From NCBI GenBank assembly GCA_965263355.1, contig CBDHHL010000056.1, forward strand, positions 448,001 to 512,000: a stretch of DNA of 64,000 nucleotides, written 5' to 3'. The stretch comes from Leptolyngbyaceae cyanobacterium. Lineage in GTDB: Bacteria > Cyanobacteriota > Cyanobacteriia > Phormidesmidales > Phormidesmidaceae. Positions within the stretch are counted from its first letter, which is position 1. Each line of letters starts with the position of its first letter. Positions 61,985 to 64,000 of this stretch are shown piece by piece. The position numbers were made by a program, and so were the translations under genes. The notes beneath the pieces are model-generated. The model did no database searches, had not been told where the DNA came from, and saw only the letters and a program-made list of their open reading frames with translations.

Positions 61985-62145
61985 ATCTAATATTATGTTT
62001 CACCGCAGCAATAGTACAAATGTTTGGTGCCATGTGATAAGATCTCGGAAGCTGCGGTAAAACAATTGCGCTGGAGCCGACAAACGACCGCTAGCCCAAC
62101 GGCGTCGTACTCGACGGCGTTTGCGGCTCAGCTTAATTATTAGAC
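61985..62145 (+). other. Degenerate attC-like recombination site(s)
   Basis: AACAATTGCGCTGGAGCCGACAAACGACC...GGCGTTTGCGGCTCAGCTTAATTATTAGAC with unpaired extra bases on the left arm; upstream hairpin TGTTTCACCGCAGC/GCTGCGGTAAAACA. Confidence 0.5.
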
Positions 62146-62232
62146 AGCTAAACCAGCAGCGTTGACGTCTCTTACCTGTTGCCCCCCTAAATTGAAGCTG
62201 AGTTAAGATTGTGGGAAATTTCTAGCACCGTA

Positions 62233-63186
62233 ATGACCAAGTTACCTAAACGTACTAAATCTCAAAAGATTGGTATAAGTGCTGCCGATCTACTCAGCTC
62301 CGTTCTTACTAAATTTTGTAATGTTATTCCTGTCCCTCAAGAGAGAGATCTAGGCATCGACTTTATTTGTGAAATTATGCAGGATGAGCACCCAACTGGA
62401 AAATTATTTAATATTCAATGCAAAGGAAAAGAAGAAGCCAAAGTAGAAAGTGATTCAATTCAAGTTCCTATTAAAGTTGCAACCCTCAATTATTGGTTGC
62501 TTCAACTAAATCCTACATTCTTGATTGTCGTTGATCGTCAAAACGATTATTTTTATTGGTCGTTCCCGCAAGATTTTCTTAGTTCACTTGATAAAAACTG
62601 GCAAGAACAAAAAACAGTCTCAATCCCAGTCCCTCTCCAAAATCGGTTTGGGCAAGTTATAGATATCTTACCCAGTCAAATTGTTTCAATAGTTAATTCA
62701 CATGCCTCTGTTACTCCTAAAAATGGTGATTATCTTGGAACATTGACACTTGGTAATGCTATAGATAGAGCAGCTATTGATTATGGATTACATGTGCTTC
62801 GTACACCTTTCCATCGTCCTTTTCAGTATATGGGGATGTCTATCTCTGATGCAGCAAGGGCAGTCAGCGGCAACACTAATAAAGTAGGCAACATTATCGT
62901 TGACTCTGAGCAAGCCCATATGCTGTTAGAGGCAGAAGGTAATTTTATTAATTATGTAGACATTGAATTAAAAAAGACTGCGCCTTGGAGTCTGAGTCGA
63001 CCGTTTGATTCTGAAGCAATCTTAGGAGTACTTAGTATTAACCCAGCTGAGTTGGAACTAGCCCGCAAACAGATACATTTTCACACCTATTATGATCACA
63101 AGAGAAAGTTAAAGATCGGTGTATCTTGTCAGTATGATGGTGCACCACTATCTGTAGGCTTTAGTAGCAAGTACTACAAGGCTTAA
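62233..63186 (+). CDS. DUF4365 (PD-(D/E)xK-like) domain protein
   Basis: ERDLGIDFICE...FNIQCKG...TLNYW; AT-rich. Confidence 0.8.
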   Translation: MTKLPKRTKSQKIGISAADLLSSVLTKFCNVIPVPQERDLGIDFICEIMQDEHPTGKLFNIQCKGKEEAKVESDSIQVPIKVATLNYWLLQLNPTFLIVVDRQNDYFYWSFPQDFLSSLDKNWQEQKTVSIPVPLQNRFGQVIDILPSQIVSIVNSHASVTPKNGDYLGTLTLGNAIDRAAIDYGLHVLRTPFHRPFQYMGMSISDAARAVSGNTNKVGNIIVDSEQAHMLLEAEGNFINYVDIELKKTAPWSLSRPFDSEAILGVLSINPAELELARKQIHFHTYYDHKRKLKIGVSCQYDGAPLSVGFSSKYYKA

Positions 63187-63443
63187 AATAAGGGCTTAAT
63201 AGCTGATTCAGGAAGTTCGTGTGTCGCTAATAGCCATAAATCTCATGGAGTATAGGTTTTCACTGAACCAGGCTTCCAAAACTAAAAGCTTTTTTGACAA
63301 TGCTTTCAGGCATTTTACGAGCTAGACCTGCTTAGAACATAGATTGAGCCAAGTATAATTGATTTGATTTGGCCTCGCTCAGGTCAAATTGAGCATTTCT
63401 TCATTACAATGAGCATAAACAAAGCGTAGCTAAATAAAGGATA

Positions 63444-63686
63444 ATGACGTTACAAGACATACACAATCAGGCATTGCAGCTGTCCATTGGCGAGCGTTGG
63501 CGGTTAGTTCAGTCTTTGTTGCGTTCGATTCAACAAGAAACGCTGGCATTTAGTCTTCCACTTGCCGACACAAGTTCTTTGGCTGGTCTTGATCCTTGGA
63601 CTCAAAGCTTAGTGGGGGTCATTAAGTCGGAATCACAAAACTCCACAGAGTCCTACGTAGACTATTTGGAGGAGAAGTACAGTTGA
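63444..63686 (+). CDS. Putative antitoxin
   Basis: ALQLS..ER..LV..LL, SLVGVI, YVDYLEEKY; overlaps the PIN gene start. Confidence 0.75.
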   Translation: MTLQDIHNQALQLSIGERWRLVQSLLRSIQQETLAFSLPLADTSSLAGLDPWTQSLVGVIKSESQNSTESYVDYLEEKYS

Positions 63687-64000
63687 GACATGTATTATTT
63701 GACAGTGATGTTTTGCTCGATGTCTTGGCTCAACGACAACCATTTGTATTGGCTTCTGCCCAATCGTTAAATACAGTAGTCAAACCGCAAGTGAAAGGCT
63801 ATGTTTCAGGGCATGCAGTGACGAACATTTTTTATATCCTGCGTCGTCAAGTTGGTGGTGAAAAAGCTCGTGAGCTTCTATCAAAGCTATTGCAGCATCT
63901 TGAAGTAGCGAGTGTGACAGATGGAGTCATTAAAGCTGCCTTGGAAAGTTCTATGAAAGACTTTGAAGATGCGGTAACGAGTGAGGCTGCAAACGCCGCA
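63683..64000 (+). CDS. PIN-domain (VapC-like) toxin, runs off the right edge
   Basis: My translation, absent from the ORF track: TTG start, MRHVLFDSDVLLDVLAQRQPF...TNIFYI...DFEDAV. Confidence 0.88.
   Translation, partial: MRHVLFDSDVLLDVLAQRQPFVLASAQSLNTVVKPQVKGYVSGHAVTNIFYILRRQVGGEKARELLSKLLQHLEVASVTDGVIKAALESSMKDFEDAVTSEAANAA

Overview
Chromosomal segment of a cyanobacterium: the HIP1 octamer GCGATCGC recurs, and pentapeptide-repeat, XisH/XisI, Uma2, DUF3038 and PEP-CTERM genes are present. Gene content suggests a filamentous Leptolyngbyaceae-like strain (inference). Housekeeping genes (cutA, ubiD-family decarboxylase, aroK, argB, peptide ABC permease, glyS, murD, two amt genes) alternate with accessory patches rich in GTAG-type REP palindromes, MITE-like elements, toxin-antitoxin pairs and duplication/deletion scars. 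I recognised no rRNA, tRNA, CRISPR array or transposase. Best leads: (1) a ubiquitin/MoaD-like protein ending in GG coupled to a DUF4132 protein, with no E1/JAB gene in the window; (2) a tiny lipoprotein built from nine Pro-Cys-Ala repeats next to an FGE/SUMF1-like lipoprotein; (3) a heme-c (CxxCH) sensor kinase in an apparent operon with a pseudo-receiver/pseudokinase fusion; (4) a membrane-anchored TPR protein with a 29-residue coiled-coil repeat; (5) three tandem TPR/FxLYD-like paralogs; (6) a dispersed TGTAGTTT-N11-AAACTACA palindrome; (7) attC-like hairpins before a DUF4365 nuclease and a PIN TA module. Family names are recognised by eye, not from database searches. The ORF track gives the wrong strand for 48245..48487 and omits the two edge-truncated genes.
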